Translations under genes and position numbers: made by a program
Source: Candidatus Syntropharchaeum caldarium
GTDB lineage: Archaea > Halobacteriota > Syntropharchaeia > Syntropharchaeales > Syntropharchaeaceae
Direction of reading: 5' to 3'
Length of the DNA stretch: 32,000 nucleotides
Assembly (NCBI GenBank): GCA_001766815.1
Contig: LYOS01000005.1
Span: forward strand, 14,168-46,167
Notes under the pieces: generated by a model
The model's database searches: none
Told to the model about the DNA's origin: nothing
What the model saw: only the letters and a program-made list of their open reading frames with translations
In this document: positions 22,925-32,000 of the stretch, piece after piece
Position numbering within the stretch: position 1 is the first letter of the stretch
Layout of the letters: the number at the start of each line of letters is the position of its first letter

Positions 22925-24044
22925 TCAGGAATTCATCGATGATTGGTTCTGTGAGGTGCGGCATTATGACGAGGCGCATGAATCCATCTCTTGTAACAGA
23001 GACCCTCCATCCAGATTGCGCGAGCCGTTCTATAACCTGTTCAAGGTTTGCAACCTCAAGGGTCAGTACATTCATCATCGGTTCAACAGGCGATGTGATA
23101 CCAGCGGATTCTGTACCGCTCCTGAGCTTTGCCGTCATCTGCATACAGCGATCAACGATCTGCTTGAAACCCCGTCGCCCAAGATGCCGGAGGACTGCAT
23201 ACGTGGATGCGGCTGTCGCACCGCTTCGTGTACCTGTGAGCGAGAACTGATTCTTCGATGTGAGATATGGCGTTGGTGTTGAGAGAAAATCCAGAAGCGT
23301 TCCATCTTTAAAGAGGAGACCGCCTGAGGGTATGGTGCTCATTCCCATCTTGTGTGGGTCGATCGTGATCGATGAGACCCCTTCCACTGATAGATCGAAT
23401 GGTGGATGCGAATCAAGAAATGGGATTACAAAACCGCCAAAAGCCGCATCCACATGAAGAAAGAGGTTATTACGACGTGCAATCTCTGCAAGTGCTTCAA
23501 TCGGATCAATCTGGCCATATTCGGTTGTTCCTGCAATTGCAACAATTCCAATTGTCCGATCATCTATAAGTTCCTCAACTGCATCTGGATCAACCCTGAA
23601 ACTCGCATCAAATGGCGCTTTTCTAACCTCCACCGCAAGAAGATCTCCGATCTTGTCGAATGAGAAGTGAGCTGACTGTGGAACAATGATATTCCCATCA
23701 CGTATTTGAGCAGCGTTCCTGAATGCTCTTATCGCCTGTATATTCGACTCTGTGCCCCCGGTTGTTAGATAACCTCTTACAGTATCGTCACCACCGAGCA
23801 GATCTGCGATCATCGATATCGTTCGCTCCTCGATCGCTTTTGCACCTGGGAAAAGCCCTGGATCTCCGAGGTTCGCCTCCAGAAATAATCTGTGTGCAAT
23901 CTTAGCGATCGGGTGGGGATCTGTACACATCGAACTGAGTATACGGGTATATTTAAGATCCTGCTCTTTGAATCTTTCAAGTTCGGCAAGAACGTCTTCG
24001 AACGCCATTCCCTCTTCCATCATCTTACCAGCACCTCTTCGCAT
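22896..24044 (-). CDS. mfnA: Tyrosine/aspartate decarboxylase MfnA (PLP-dependent)
   Basis: 382 aa with SSMCTDPHP, NLGDPGLFPG, TTGGTESN, HVDAAFGGF and DPHKMG (PLP lysine). Alternative starts at M8/M9. Confidence 0.9.
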   Translation of the reverse strand: MRRGAGKMMEEGMAFEDVLAELERFKEQDLKYTRILSSMCTDPHPIAKIAHRLFLEANLGDPGLFPGAKAIEERTISMIADLLGGDDTVRGYLTTGGTESNIQAIRAFRNAAQIRDGNIIVPQSAHFSFDKIGDLLAVEVRKAPFDASFRVDPDAVEELIDDRTIGIVAIAGTTEYGQIDPIEALAEIARRNNLFLHVDAAFGGFVIPFLDSHPPFDLSVEGVSSITIDPHKMGMSTIPSGGLLFKDGTLLDFLSTPTPYLTSKNQFSLTGTRSGATAASTYAVLRHLGRRGFKQIVDRCMQMTAKLRSGTESAGITSPVEPMMNVLTLEVANLEQVIERLAQSGWRVSVTRDGFMRLVIMPHLTEPIIDEFLSDLEDATKD

Positions 24045-24123
24045 GGGTATATGAAGTTTGCCAAAGACGGGTAATACCCTTATAACTACAGCTCACTTTG
24101 AAGTTTAAGAAAGATTTTAAACC

Positions 24124-26271
24124 ATGGATCGACAATCTCCAATCATGAATCGATCGATCGTTCTCATCACAGTATTTTTATTCTTAAGTGCAGGGTGTAT
24201 CTCGTCACAGCCTGCAATTCCACCCACAAACCTGACGATCGAACCGATAGACTTGACCATGGTATCTGGAGCGAAAAAGACTTTTTCAAATCATTACACG
24301 CTGAACACACTTGAGTTCAGTCCTAACTCGCCCCAGTACACACTTCCACTTGAAACAGAGGATATTGAAAATTTCAGGAGTTTGTCAGATAAGATCGAGT
24401 TGAGTGATGCAATGAGGGATGAGCTTGAGCAGAACGGGTTTGTAATAATCGAGAATCCCCTGAATCCACAGGAAGAAGATATTACAGCACCTTACAAAGA
24501 GCTTAGAAGCATGGATATTCCGGTATTTATCACCTCTGACACGCTGCTCCATCTCTACCATCTACAGTTTGATGAGAGCCTGAAAGAGATCGAGGAGCGA
24601 GAGTTCTATGGTTTGATCTGTGAGATCACTGAAGAACTGCTTGAAAAATCCACTAAAACATACGCAAACACAGAGGGAGATCTCAAAGAGGCAGCACGGA
24701 GAAATGTTGCATTTTTTGCGGTGGGTTTATGTCTTCTTGAAGGTGAGAACAGGACTCACGCAATCCCTGAATATGTTGCAGATGAGGTTGAGGCAGAGCT
24801 TAAGCTGATCGAAGCACATTCAGGATTTGCGCCATCACCAATCTTCACCTATGAGGAGGATTATTCACAGTACGTCCCACGTGGACATTACACGCAATCT
24901 GAAGAACTCAAACGCTACTTTAAGGTGATGAGCTTCTATGGCAGGATGAGTTTTCTCCTTAAAGGGGGATGTGGGGATTGCCTCGTCACCAAAGAGGATG
25001 CAGAGCTTCAGACAATCGGTGCAAGCTTGATTGCAGGTTATCTTGCTGGGTCACCGGATCTCATGGCAAAATGGGAGCGAATATATACAGTAACCGCCTT
25101 TTTCGTTGGTTTATCAGATGATCTTGGACCATATGAGTACATCGACGCCCTTAACCACGTTTTTGGCGATGAACTTGAGCCTGGTGAGCTTACAGGTGAG
25201 AATATCAATCTGATGAAGGCAAAGCTTGCTGAATATGATTCACCCAAAATCTATGGGGGGACGGGACGATGCGAGATCGATCCACCATTCACACCAGAAG
25301 AGGCAGATCGTTGTCTTGAGAATACAGAGGGGTTCAGGTTGATGGGACAGCGTTTCATCCCAGATTCGTACATCTTCCAGAACCTGGTTTTTCCAAAGGT
25401 TGAAGGGAGGTTATTTCCCACGGGGCTTGACCTTATGGCACTTCTTGGTTCACGTGAGGCAGAAAAGAGGCTTGATGAGCTGAATGAAAGTGATTACCCT
25501 GGATACGCAAAGCAGTATGCAAAACTCAAGGCTGAATTTGACGCTTTTGATGAAAGTGACTGGAACAGGAACCTCTACTGGGCGTGGCTCTATACGTTAA
25601 AACCACTCCTCAAAAGCTATGATGATGGCTATCCAACCTTCATGCAGACAGATGCATGGCAACAAAAGGAACTTAACACAAGCCTCGCATCATGGACAGA
25701 GTTGAGACATGATACAATACTGTATGCCAAACAGAGTTATACAATGAAGGCAACAGGCATTTTACCACCAGAAGTTACAGGATATGTTGAGCCAGTTCCA
25801 GAGTTCTACAACCGATTGCTTGCCTTGACCACAATGACAGAAGAGGGGCTTGATGATATGGGTGTGCTTGATGATGCTGGGAGGAGACGACTTCAAAATC
25901 TCGAAGAGGTGCTCAAACGACTCATTGAGATCTCAGTGCGTGAGCTTGAGGGAGAATCACTCACAGAGGCGGATTATCAATTTATAAATGAGATCGACGC
26001 CCAGTTTGATGGTGTTCTTGGTGATCTTGATGAAAAAGCAAAAAAGACGACAGTGATTGCCGATGTTCACACCGATACCAATACAGGAAAGGTACTTGAG
26101 GAAGGGGTTGGGTATGTCAACCTTATCCTTGTTGCCTACAAAACACCTGATAACAGGATTTTAATCGCAGCAGGACCAGTTATGAGCCATTATGAGTTCA
26201 AACAGTCAATGGATGAGCGATTGACGGATGAAGCATGGCGGGAGATGCTGGCGAGAGGTTTTCAGGCGTGA
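24124..26271 (+). CDS. DUF3160-family secreted lipoprotein
   Basis: 715 aa with a signal peptide and lipobox (VFLFLSAGC). The DUF3160 assignment is from memory of the family. Alternative start at M8 (24145). Confidence 0.6.
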   Translation: MDRQSPIMNRSIVLITVFLFLSAGCISSQPAIPPTNLTIEPIDLTMVSGAKKTFSNHYTLNTLEFSPNSPQYTLPLETEDIENFRSLSDKIELSDAMRDELEQNGFVIIENPLNPQEEDITAPYKELRSMDIPVFITSDTLLHLYHLQFDESLKEIEEREFYGLICEITEELLEKSTKTYANTEGDLKEAARRNVAFFAVGLCLLEGENRTHAIPEYVADEVEAELKLIEAHSGFAPSPIFTYEEDYSQYVPRGHYTQSEELKRYFKVMSFYGRMSFLLKGGCGDCLVTKEDAELQTIGASLIAGYLAGSPDLMAKWERIYTVTAFFVGLSDDLGPYEYIDALNHVFGDELEPGELTGENINLMKAKLAEYDSPKIYGGTGRCEIDPPFTPEEADRCLENTEGFRLMGQRFIPDSYIFQNLVFPKVEGRLFPTGLDLMALLGSREAEKRLDELNESDYPGYAKQYAKLKAEFDAFDESDWNRNLYWAWLYTLKPLLKSYDDGYPTFMQTDAWQQKELNTSLASWTELRHDTILYAKQSYTMKATGILPPEVTGYVEPVPEFYNRLLALTTMTEEGLDDMGVLDDAGRRRLQNLEEVLKRLIEISVRELEGESLTEADYQFINEIDAQFDGVLGDLDEKAKKTTVIADVHTDTNTGKVLEEGVGYVNLILVAYKTPDNRILIAAGPVMSHYEFKQSMDERLTDEAWREMLARGFQA

Positions 26272-26337
26272 AAGTTCTGAAGGGTTTTGGTCAGATCAGG
26301 TAAGCTTTAAGTATGGATATAGCATAGATCATCATTG

Positions 26338-27237
26338 ATGGAGATTGAACTTAAAGAGCTGAGGCATGGTACAGAGCTCCTGAAGCGCGGTTTTGCATCG
26401 ATGCAGAAGGGTGGTGTAATCATGGATGTTACAAACCCTGAAGAAGCAAAGATCGCAGAAGACGCTGGAGCTGTTGCTGTGATGGCCCTGCACAGAGTTC
26501 CTGCTGATATCAGGGCATCGGGAGGCATTGCACGAATGGCAGATCCCGCGGTTGTTGCAGCGATCATCGATGCCGTCACGATCCCTGTTATGGCAAAGAC
26601 GAGGATAGGTCACTTTGTAGAGTCCGAGATTCTCGAGGCGCTGGGCGTGGATATGATCGATGAATCAGAGGTTTTAACTCCAGTTGACACCCATCACATT
26701 GATAAAACGCGTTTTACTGTTCCTTTTGTCTGTGGAGCAAGAGATCTTGGGGAAGCACTTCGCAGGATAGATGAAGGTGCTGCGATGATCAGAACAAAAG
26801 GCGAGGCTGGAACGGGCGATGTAAAGGAGGCTGTAAGGCACATGAAGCTCATTATGGGGACGATCAGGTCACTTCAGGGAAAGAACGAGGAAGAGCTGAT
26901 GGATGTTGCAAGAGAGATTGAAGCGCCCTTTGAGCTTGTTCTTGAAACAGCAAAACTTGGTAGACTGCCTGTTGTCAACTTTGCGGCAGGTGGGATTGCA
27001 ACGCCCGCAGATGCTGCGCTGATGATGAGGCTTGGGGCAGACGGAGTCTTTGTTGGCTCAGGGATATTCAAGTCGTCCGATCCAGAACGAATGGCTCGCG
27101 CGATCGTTGATGCAGTGAACAACTTTGATAATCCTCGCAGGCTTGCAGAGATTTCCAGTGGACTTGGGGAGCCAATGAAAGGTATGGAGGTTGGTTCTAT
27201 CCCCGCAGAGAAGCTTCTTCAGGTCAGAGGATGGTAG
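26338..27237 (+). CDS. pdxS: Pyridoxal 5'-phosphate synthase lyase subunit PdxS
   Basis: [42 protein letters not shown]-type sequence. The ATG at 26338 lies one codon inside the track ORF. Confidence 0.95.
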   Translation: MEIELKELRHGTELLKRGFASMQKGGVIMDVTNPEEAKIAEDAGAVAVMALHRVPADIRASGGIARMADPAVVAAIIDAVTIPVMAKTRIGHFVESEILEALGVDMIDESEVLTPVDTHHIDKTRFTVPFVCGARDLGEALRRIDEGAAMIRTKGEAGTGDVKEAVRHMKLIMGTIRSLQGKNEEELMDVAREIEAPFELVLETAKLGRLPVVNFAAGGIATPADAALMMRLGADGVFVGSGIFKSSDPERMARAIVDAVNNFDNPRRLAEISSGLGEPMKGMEVGSIPAEKLLQVRGW

Positions 27238-28475
27238 AATACGATCTGCTGGCCGTTTCAGAGAAGATCATTGCATCCGGCAAAATCTGTGATAACTGTC
27301 TTGGCAGGCAGTTTGCAAAGCTATCTACAGGGCTTACAAATCGTGAGCGTGGGCGCGCACTCAGGACAGTTCTGCAGATGGCACATGATGATCGGGAGAT
27401 CGATGGAACTGATGAAGGGGATTGCTGGCTCTGTCTTGGCTTATTTAGTGATAAAGAGCTTGAAAAATGGGCTACAAAGGTTGAAGAAGCGCTGCAGAAT
27501 ATTGAATGCAGAACATTCCTGATTGGAACGCATGTTAGTGGACTTCTTTCTGAGAACGAAGAGATTCTGTGGAGTGAGTGTGAGATAAAGTGCGCTGAGC
27601 CTTTAAAGTCTGAGCTTAACCGCGAGGTTGGAAAGATTGTAGCATCAAGGACAGATCTTGAAGTTGAGTTTACACGGCCAGATGTGCTTATAATTCTCGA
27701 TCTTACCCGAAACGCAGTTGAACTTACGATAAACCCGGTATTTGTATTTGGAAGGTATCAAAAACTTGTCAGGGGCATTCCACAGACAAGATGGCCCTGC
27801 AACCAGTGTCGTGGCAGAGGCTGTGAGCGATGTAATTTTACCGGTAAACTCTATGCAGAATCGGTTGAGGAACTCATCGGTGAGGTGGCACTTCAGCTTT
27901 TCAGGGCAAAAGGTTACGTGCTTCATGGTGCAGGCAGGGAAGACATCGATGCGCGGATGCTTGGTACGGGGCGCCCCTTTATTCTTGAGATAAAATCGCC
28001 AGCAATTCGGGAGGTTGACCTGAAACTGCTTGAGGAAGGGATTGATCAACAGAAGGTGAAACTCACAGGACTGAGATATGTCGATGGATCAAAGGTTGCG
28101 CTTGTAAAGTCAGCATCAGCGAAGAAACGCTACAGAGTACGGCTCAGGGTTGATGGTGTGCCAGAAGATCGACTTGAGGCGGGTGTGAAGGCACTTTCAG
28201 GTGCGACCATCGAACAAAAGACGCCAATAAGGGTTCTTCACCGACGCAAAGATACAACAAGGGTGCGAAAAGTCTTTGAAGCGTCACTCTCATCGATCGA
28301 GGATGGATGCGCCGTGATCGAGATTCTTGGAGAAGCAGGGTTGTACGTAAAAGAACTCATATCAGGCGATGAGGGACGAACCAGACCAAGTCTTGCCGAG
28401 TATGTGGGTTTTGATCTTTCAGTTGAGGAGCTTGATGTCCTCGAAGTTGAGCCAATTGAAGGCATAGAGATATAA
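27231..28475 (+). CDS. pus10: tRNA pseudouridine(54/55) synthase Pus10
   Basis: 414 aa. N-terminal Zn motifs CDNCLGRQF and CWLCLG, a THUMP-like middle region, and a C-terminal catalytic domain ([16 protein letters not shown]). Confidence 0.9.
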   Translation: MVEYDLLAVSEKIIASGKICDNCLGRQFAKLSTGLTNRERGRALRTVLQMAHDDREIDGTDEGDCWLCLGLFSDKELEKWATKVEEALQNIECRTFLIGTHVSGLLSENEEILWSECEIKCAEPLKSELNREVGKIVASRTDLEVEFTRPDVLIILDLTRNAVELTINPVFVFGRYQKLVRGIPQTRWPCNQCRGRGCERCNFTGKLYAESVEELIGEVALQLFRAKGYVLHGAGREDIDARMLGTGRPFILEIKSPAIREVDLKLLEEGIDQQKVKLTGLRYVDGSKVALVKSASAKKRYRVRLRVDGVPEDRLEAGVKALSGATIEQKTPIRVLHRRKDTTRVRKVFEASLSSIEDGCAVIEILGEAGLYVKELISGDEGRTRPSLAEYVGFDLSVEELDVLEVEPIEGIEI

Positions 28476-28532
28476 AAAGGAGGGCAATCTATTTATTTAG
28501 CAAACTGCATTAATATATGGAGTGAGTAGTAT

Positions 28533-28823
28533 ATGCCAGTATCACACGGTGTTAAGCACAAAACAAGGTATAAGCTCAGGAAGAAGGTGCGAGAGCGTGG
28601 AATATCCCCTGTTACAAGGGCTGTCCAGGAGTTTAAACCTGGTGAGCGAGTTCACATAAAGATTGATCCGAGCGTGCACAGGGGAATGCCGAACCCGAAA
28701 TTTCATGGAAAGACTGCAAAGGTGGTGAATATGCGTGGAAGGGCGTTCGGGCTCGAAGTGCGAGACGGAAACAAGCTTAAAACGATCTTTGTGAGGCCAG
28801 AACACCTCCTTTTGCAGAAATGA
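28533..28823 (+). CDS. rpl21e: 50S ribosomal protein L21e
   Basis: 96 aa: [12 protein letters not shown]...HGKTAKVV. Confidence 0.95.
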   Translation: MPVSHGVKHKTRYKLRKKVRERGISPVTRAVQEFKPGERVHIKIDPSVHRGMPNPKFHGKTAKVVNMRGRAFGLEVRDGNKLKTIFVRPEHLLLQK

Positions 28824-28839
28824 TCGGGAAAGTCGATAC

Positions 28840-29184
28840 ATGATCGTAAAAAAAGTTCTTGGCGAGGAAATACTGACATTGGCTGAAGCCAAAGAGATTC
28901 TGCTGAAAGTTCGCGATGAACATGAGGGTGAAGAACTCAGTTATGAGAAACGAAAAGCAATAGAACACGCAGAGTTATTCTGCCACATGGATGCAGCAAG
29001 ATCAAGAGCGATGGTGGAGGAGCTTGAGAAACTTGATAAGATGAAACCCGAGCTCGCCGTCAGGATCGCAGACCTGCTACCTGAGACAAGAGACGAGATT
29101 CGAGCAATCTACGCAAAGGAGCGGTTCACACTCACAGAAGAGGAACTTGATGAGATACGTGAGATTGTGGATAAATATCGTTGA
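28840..29184 (+). CDS. rpoF: DNA-directed RNA polymerase subunit F (Rpo4)
   Basis: 114 aa. LTLAEAKEIL...KRKAIEHAELF...ELAVRIADLLP, in the conserved position after rpl21e. Confidence 0.85.
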   Translation: MIVKKVLGEEILTLAEAKEILLKVRDEHEGEELSYEKRKAIEHAELFCHMDAARSRAMVEELEKLDKMKPELAVRIADLLPETRDEIRAIYAKERFTLTEEELDEIREIVDKYR

Positions 29185-29775
29185 GTGGGGGAAGCGATCG
29201 AGATGTTTAAGGCGAGCAAGGAAAGAGAGGATTATGTCAGAGTGCTCGATTTTCTTCCCTACGGCAGGATCGATGATGATCGCCCAGCTTACCAGAAGAA
29301 ACCACTTATACAGGCGATCGGTGAGAAGAGCTTTGTGCTTATGGAACTTACACCCAAGAAAGGAAAAGAAGCGGTGATGCACCAGAGGCTTTATATTGGA
29401 AAAGGTGAGCGGGATATCGTGGATCATGTAAACTGTAGAATCAGATATGATGAACTCACACACGCGGCAAAGGCTGAGTTAAAGCACGTACTGGCTGAGA
29501 TAGTGAAAGAGAATGAGGAGCGGTTTCTCGATGTCTATAACAAATCATACCCGATCACAACAAGACTTCATATACTTGATCTGTTTCCAGGGATCGGTCG
29601 AAAGTTTGTAAACATGATCCTCCAGGAGCGAAAAAAGGGGGAATTTACGAGCTTTGAAGATCTCTCGAGACGTGTGAAGGGGCTGTATCACCCAGAGAAG
29701 ATCATAGCGAATCGAATAGAAGAAGAGCTTTCTGAAAAGAACGTAAAATATCGACTTTTCACCACCACGGTCTGA
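29185..29775 (+). CDS. DUF655-family nucleic-acid-binding protein
   Basis: REDYVRVLDFLPYG and a C-terminal HhH-like region. Conserved archaeal neighbour of rpl21e-rpoF. The track start is a GTG; the ATG at 29203 is also possible. Confidence 0.8.
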   Translation: MGEAIEMFKASKEREDYVRVLDFLPYGRIDDDRPAYQKKPLIQAIGEKSFVLMELTPKKGKEAVMHQRLYIGKGERDIVDHVNCRIRYDELTHAAKAELKHVLAEIVKENEERFLDVYNKSYPITTRLHILDLFPGIGRKFVNMILQERKKGEFTSFEDLSRRVKGLYHPEKIIANRIEEELSEKNVKYRLFTTTV

Positions 29776-29812
29776 TCCTGTAAACCAGTTGAGAAATACA
29801 AGAGGGGATGGA

Positions 29813-31369
29813 ATGAGGCGGCCACTTGGTACAATATTCGGTGATACAGATTTACTCAAGTTTCGTTTTGCCGTGACAGCGCCTGACATCCTGAGGCAGG
29901 GTGATTATGTCAAAGTCTGGCACCCAACTCAGGGATGGGTACTCTCACAGGTAAGATCGATCCGCAGATCGAGTGATCTCTCATTCGAGGAGGCAAAGTC
30001 TGTAGGTACATTCACGGAAGTTGAAGAGAAGGTTATAGCAGAGAGTGTTGTCATTGGAGCAAGGGACGTTGATGGACTTTTAAAATCTCCGAGAACACCT
30101 TTCTCGCCTGGAGACCGCGTTTTTCCAGCAGATAGGGATCTGATACGTGAAACAATCGGTCTTGGAAGAGAAGGAATCTACATCGGGCTTCTTGAGGGGC
30201 ATGATATAAAAGTTATGCTCGATCCAAACAGTTTTGTCCAGAAGCACTGCAGCATCCTCGCAAAGACAGGATCTGGTAAGTCATATACATCAGGGGTGAT
30301 CGTAGAGGAGCTTCTTGATAAGGGTGTACCGCTTGTGATCATCGATCCACATGGAGAGTACGTCTCGCTGAAGTTTGAGAACGATGGAGAGGAAAATCGC
30401 GCGCAGATGGAGCACTATGGAGTTATGCCAGAATCATATCCTGATCAGGTGATGGTATACACACCTGCAAACCTTGCGGTCGTTCCCTATGCCGATGCGA
30501 TCTTCAGGCTTGATGGTATAAATCTTGATGCACGCAGATTAAGCCTCATGGCACCGACGTTGACAGATACGCAGCTTGGTTTGCTCTATCAGTCGATAAA
30601 GACGCTAAAAGAGCGTATGGATTTTTACAGGATCGATGACATCATCGAGGAGGTTACAAAGCTCAAAACGAATACTAAATGGGCGATTGTACACACACTC
30701 GAACTCCTGAAAGAGACAGGCATCTTATCAGATAGTCCTACGCCATTGGATGATCTTGTTAAGCCAGGGAAGGCATCAATTATAGATATGAAAGGTGTCG
30801 ATCCAAAGCTTCAGGAGATCATCGTATCTCAGCTTGCGTCAGCGCTTTTTGAAGCGCGAAAGATTGGAAAAATCCCACCGCTGATGCTCGTAATCGAGGA
30901 AGCGCACAATTTCTGCCCTGAGAAAGGAATCGGAAAAGCGACTTCATCCGAGATACTCCGAACGATCGCATCGGAGGGCCGAAAGTTTGGTCTTGGATTA
31001 CTTGTCATCTCACAGCGTCCCGCAAGGGTTGACAAGAACATCCTCTCTCAGTGCAACACACAGATAATTCTCAAGGTCACAAACCCGAACGACCTCAGAG
31101 CCTTAAGCAAGGGACTTGAAGGCATGAGCACAGACCTTGAGGAAGAGATAAAACGAATTCCAGCAGGTATGGCACTTCTTGTAAGTAATGACATCGAGAA
31201 ACCAGTGCTTGTTGACGTGCGGGTGAGAAAAACCCGGCATGGTGGCGAATCCTCGCAGATCGTATCCACATATCCTGCAAGCTGGGAGGATTATCTTGAT
31301 ACACTCGATGTGGAAGAAGAAGTGGTTGAAGAGCGGGGAATTCTATCGAGGCTGCTGGGACGAGGGTAG
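29813..31369 (+). CDS. HerA-like (DUF87) P-loop ATPase
   Basis: Walker A ILAKTGSGKSYT, Walker B LMLVIEEAHNF, and an N-terminal HAS-barrel-like region. The ATG at 29813 is preferred over the TTG at 29789. Confidence 0.8.
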   Translation: MRRPLGTIFGDTDLLKFRFAVTAPDILRQGDYVKVWHPTQGWVLSQVRSIRRSSDLSFEEAKSVGTFTEVEEKVIAESVVIGARDVDGLLKSPRTPFSPGDRVFPADRDLIRETIGLGREGIYIGLLEGHDIKVMLDPNSFVQKHCSILAKTGSGKSYTSGVIVEELLDKGVPLVIIDPHGEYVSLKFENDGEENRAQMEHYGVMPESYPDQVMVYTPANLAVVPYADAIFRLDGINLDARRLSLMAPTLTDTQLGLLYQSIKTLKERMDFYRIDDIIEEVTKLKTNTKWAIVHTLELLKETGILSDSPTPLDDLVKPGKASIIDMKGVDPKLQEIIVSQLASALFEARKIGKIPPLMLVIEEAHNFCPEKGIGKATSSEILRTIASEGRKFGLGLLVISQRPARVDKNILSQCNTQIILKVTNPNDLRALSKGLEGMSTDLEEEIKRIPAGMALLVSNDIEKPVLVDVRVRKTRHGGESSQIVSTYPASWEDYLDTLDVEEEVVEERGILSRLLGRG

Positions 31370-31450
31370 AGGGGTAAGTTCTTCCATAATGAAAGTCGTG
31401 ATCATACTTATTTAAACTTGACGAGTATGTAGTGCAGGGTGAATAGATCA

Positions 31451-32000
31451 ATGGGTCTCATCAAAGGCTTCAGGGATACTGTAGGATTTTTCACGATAAT
31501 TCCTGTGAGGGATGGTGATTTTTTTGGCGCTGCCGATCATGCGTATCTTCTTCCAGTACTGGGAGTACTTATAGCAGCTATATGCTCCCTCTTTGCAGTC
31601 ATCAGCTTCTACCTCTTCCCGCCTGCTGTTACAGGTATGATCGTACTCCTCGTGGCACTTCTGATCACAGGCTTCAACAATATCGATGGACTTGCAGATG
31701 TCGCAGATGGCATGATGGCACATGGAAACAGCGAGCGCCGACGATCCGCGATGAAAGATACAAGACTTGGAATAAGCGGTCTTGTAATCTGTATATTTAT
31801 GATCGGGCTTGCTGGAACCGCCTTGGCAGAACTTGCAGGCGCGGGCATCCTGATCCTTCTGAAAGCAATATTTTTATCTGAGCTGGGTAGCAAGTACGCG
31901 ATGCTTCTCACCTCCTTTGCCGGGAAGCCAACCTATGACGGGCTTGGCGCAGTCTTTTTTGAACATGTTGGAAACCTCCAGATCGTGATCGGAAGCATTT
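31451..32000 (+). CDS. cobS: Adenosylcobinamide-GDP ribazoletransferase (cobalamin synthase), 5' partial
   Basis: An open frame from the ATG at 31451 runs off the window and is not in the ORF track. MGLIKGFRDTVGFFTIIPV...TGFNNIDGLADVADG...MKDTRLGISG is the CobS/CobV signature. Confidence 0.8.
   Translation, partial: MGLIKGFRDTVGFFTIIPVRDGDFFGAADHAYLLPVLGVLIAAICSLFAVISFYLFPPAVTGMIVLLVALLITGFNNIDGLADVADGMMAHGNSERRRSAMKDTRLGISGLVICIFMIGLAGTALAELAGAGILILLKAIFLSELGSKYAMLLTSFAGKPTYDGLGAVFFEHVGNLQIVIGSI

Noticed and set aside
26307-26613. Minus-strand ORFs of 90 and 93 aa
   Set aside because: They are antisense shadows of the highly conserved pdxS N-terminus.
31448-31911. Minus-strand ORFs (31448-31723, 31609-31911) and the plus-strand ORF 31582-31881
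   Set aside because: They overlap the open cobS frame, which starts at 31451, has clear family motifs and runs off the window.
1-32000. tRNA, rRNA or other canonical RNA genes in the intergenic regions (e.g. 7100-7331, 16688-16917, 20799-21161, 24045-24123)
   Set aside because: By eye I found no cloverleaf-compatible sequence (acceptor/T-arm GTTCRAnnC) and no rRNA-like segment. A tRNAscan/Infernal run would be needed to be certain.

Overview
Archaeal chromosomal window, probably from a Methanosarcinales-like methanogen or ANME-type euryarchaeon. I infer this from mfnA, A-type ATPase subunit I, Dph2, Pus10, L21e/Rpo4, cobS and a corrinoid methyltransferase module; no rRNA or tRNA gene is present to confirm it. 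The window has two parts.

(1) Positions 1 to about 7100 are accessory. At least seven toxin-antitoxin-type cassettes from unrelated families all lie on the minus strand: AbrB/PIN, 49-aa ORF/PIN-like, UPF0175/DUF3368, and three DUF104/PIN pairs, one with a frameshifted toxin. A truncated FrhB-like gene sits among them. The cassettes are punctuated by copies of one modular, hairpin-rich repeat of about 60-290 bp (R1-R7). Its gene-proximal end is a 23-nt core (tttacgacNNNggagatNgtNtN) that also occurs inside the 5' coding region of the FrhB-like gene. This resembles an integron-like or tandem-att cassette array, but no recombinase is visible and the array runs off the left edge. I consider it the most unusual feature of the window.

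(2) Positions 7300-32000 are mostly housekeeping genes: purM, an FAD oxidoreductase, a corrinoid methyltransferase trio (MtaA-like, corrinoid protein, RACo-type activator), an orphan atpI with an AtpZ-like gene, an MgtE-like transporter, bioY, NFACT, truA, dph2, mfnA, a DUF3160 lipoprotein, pdxS, pus10, rpl21e, rpoF, DUF655, a HerA-like ATPase and a partial cobS.

I found no CRISPR array, rRNA or tRNA. All calls come from reading the sequence and recalling family motifs; no database search was run.
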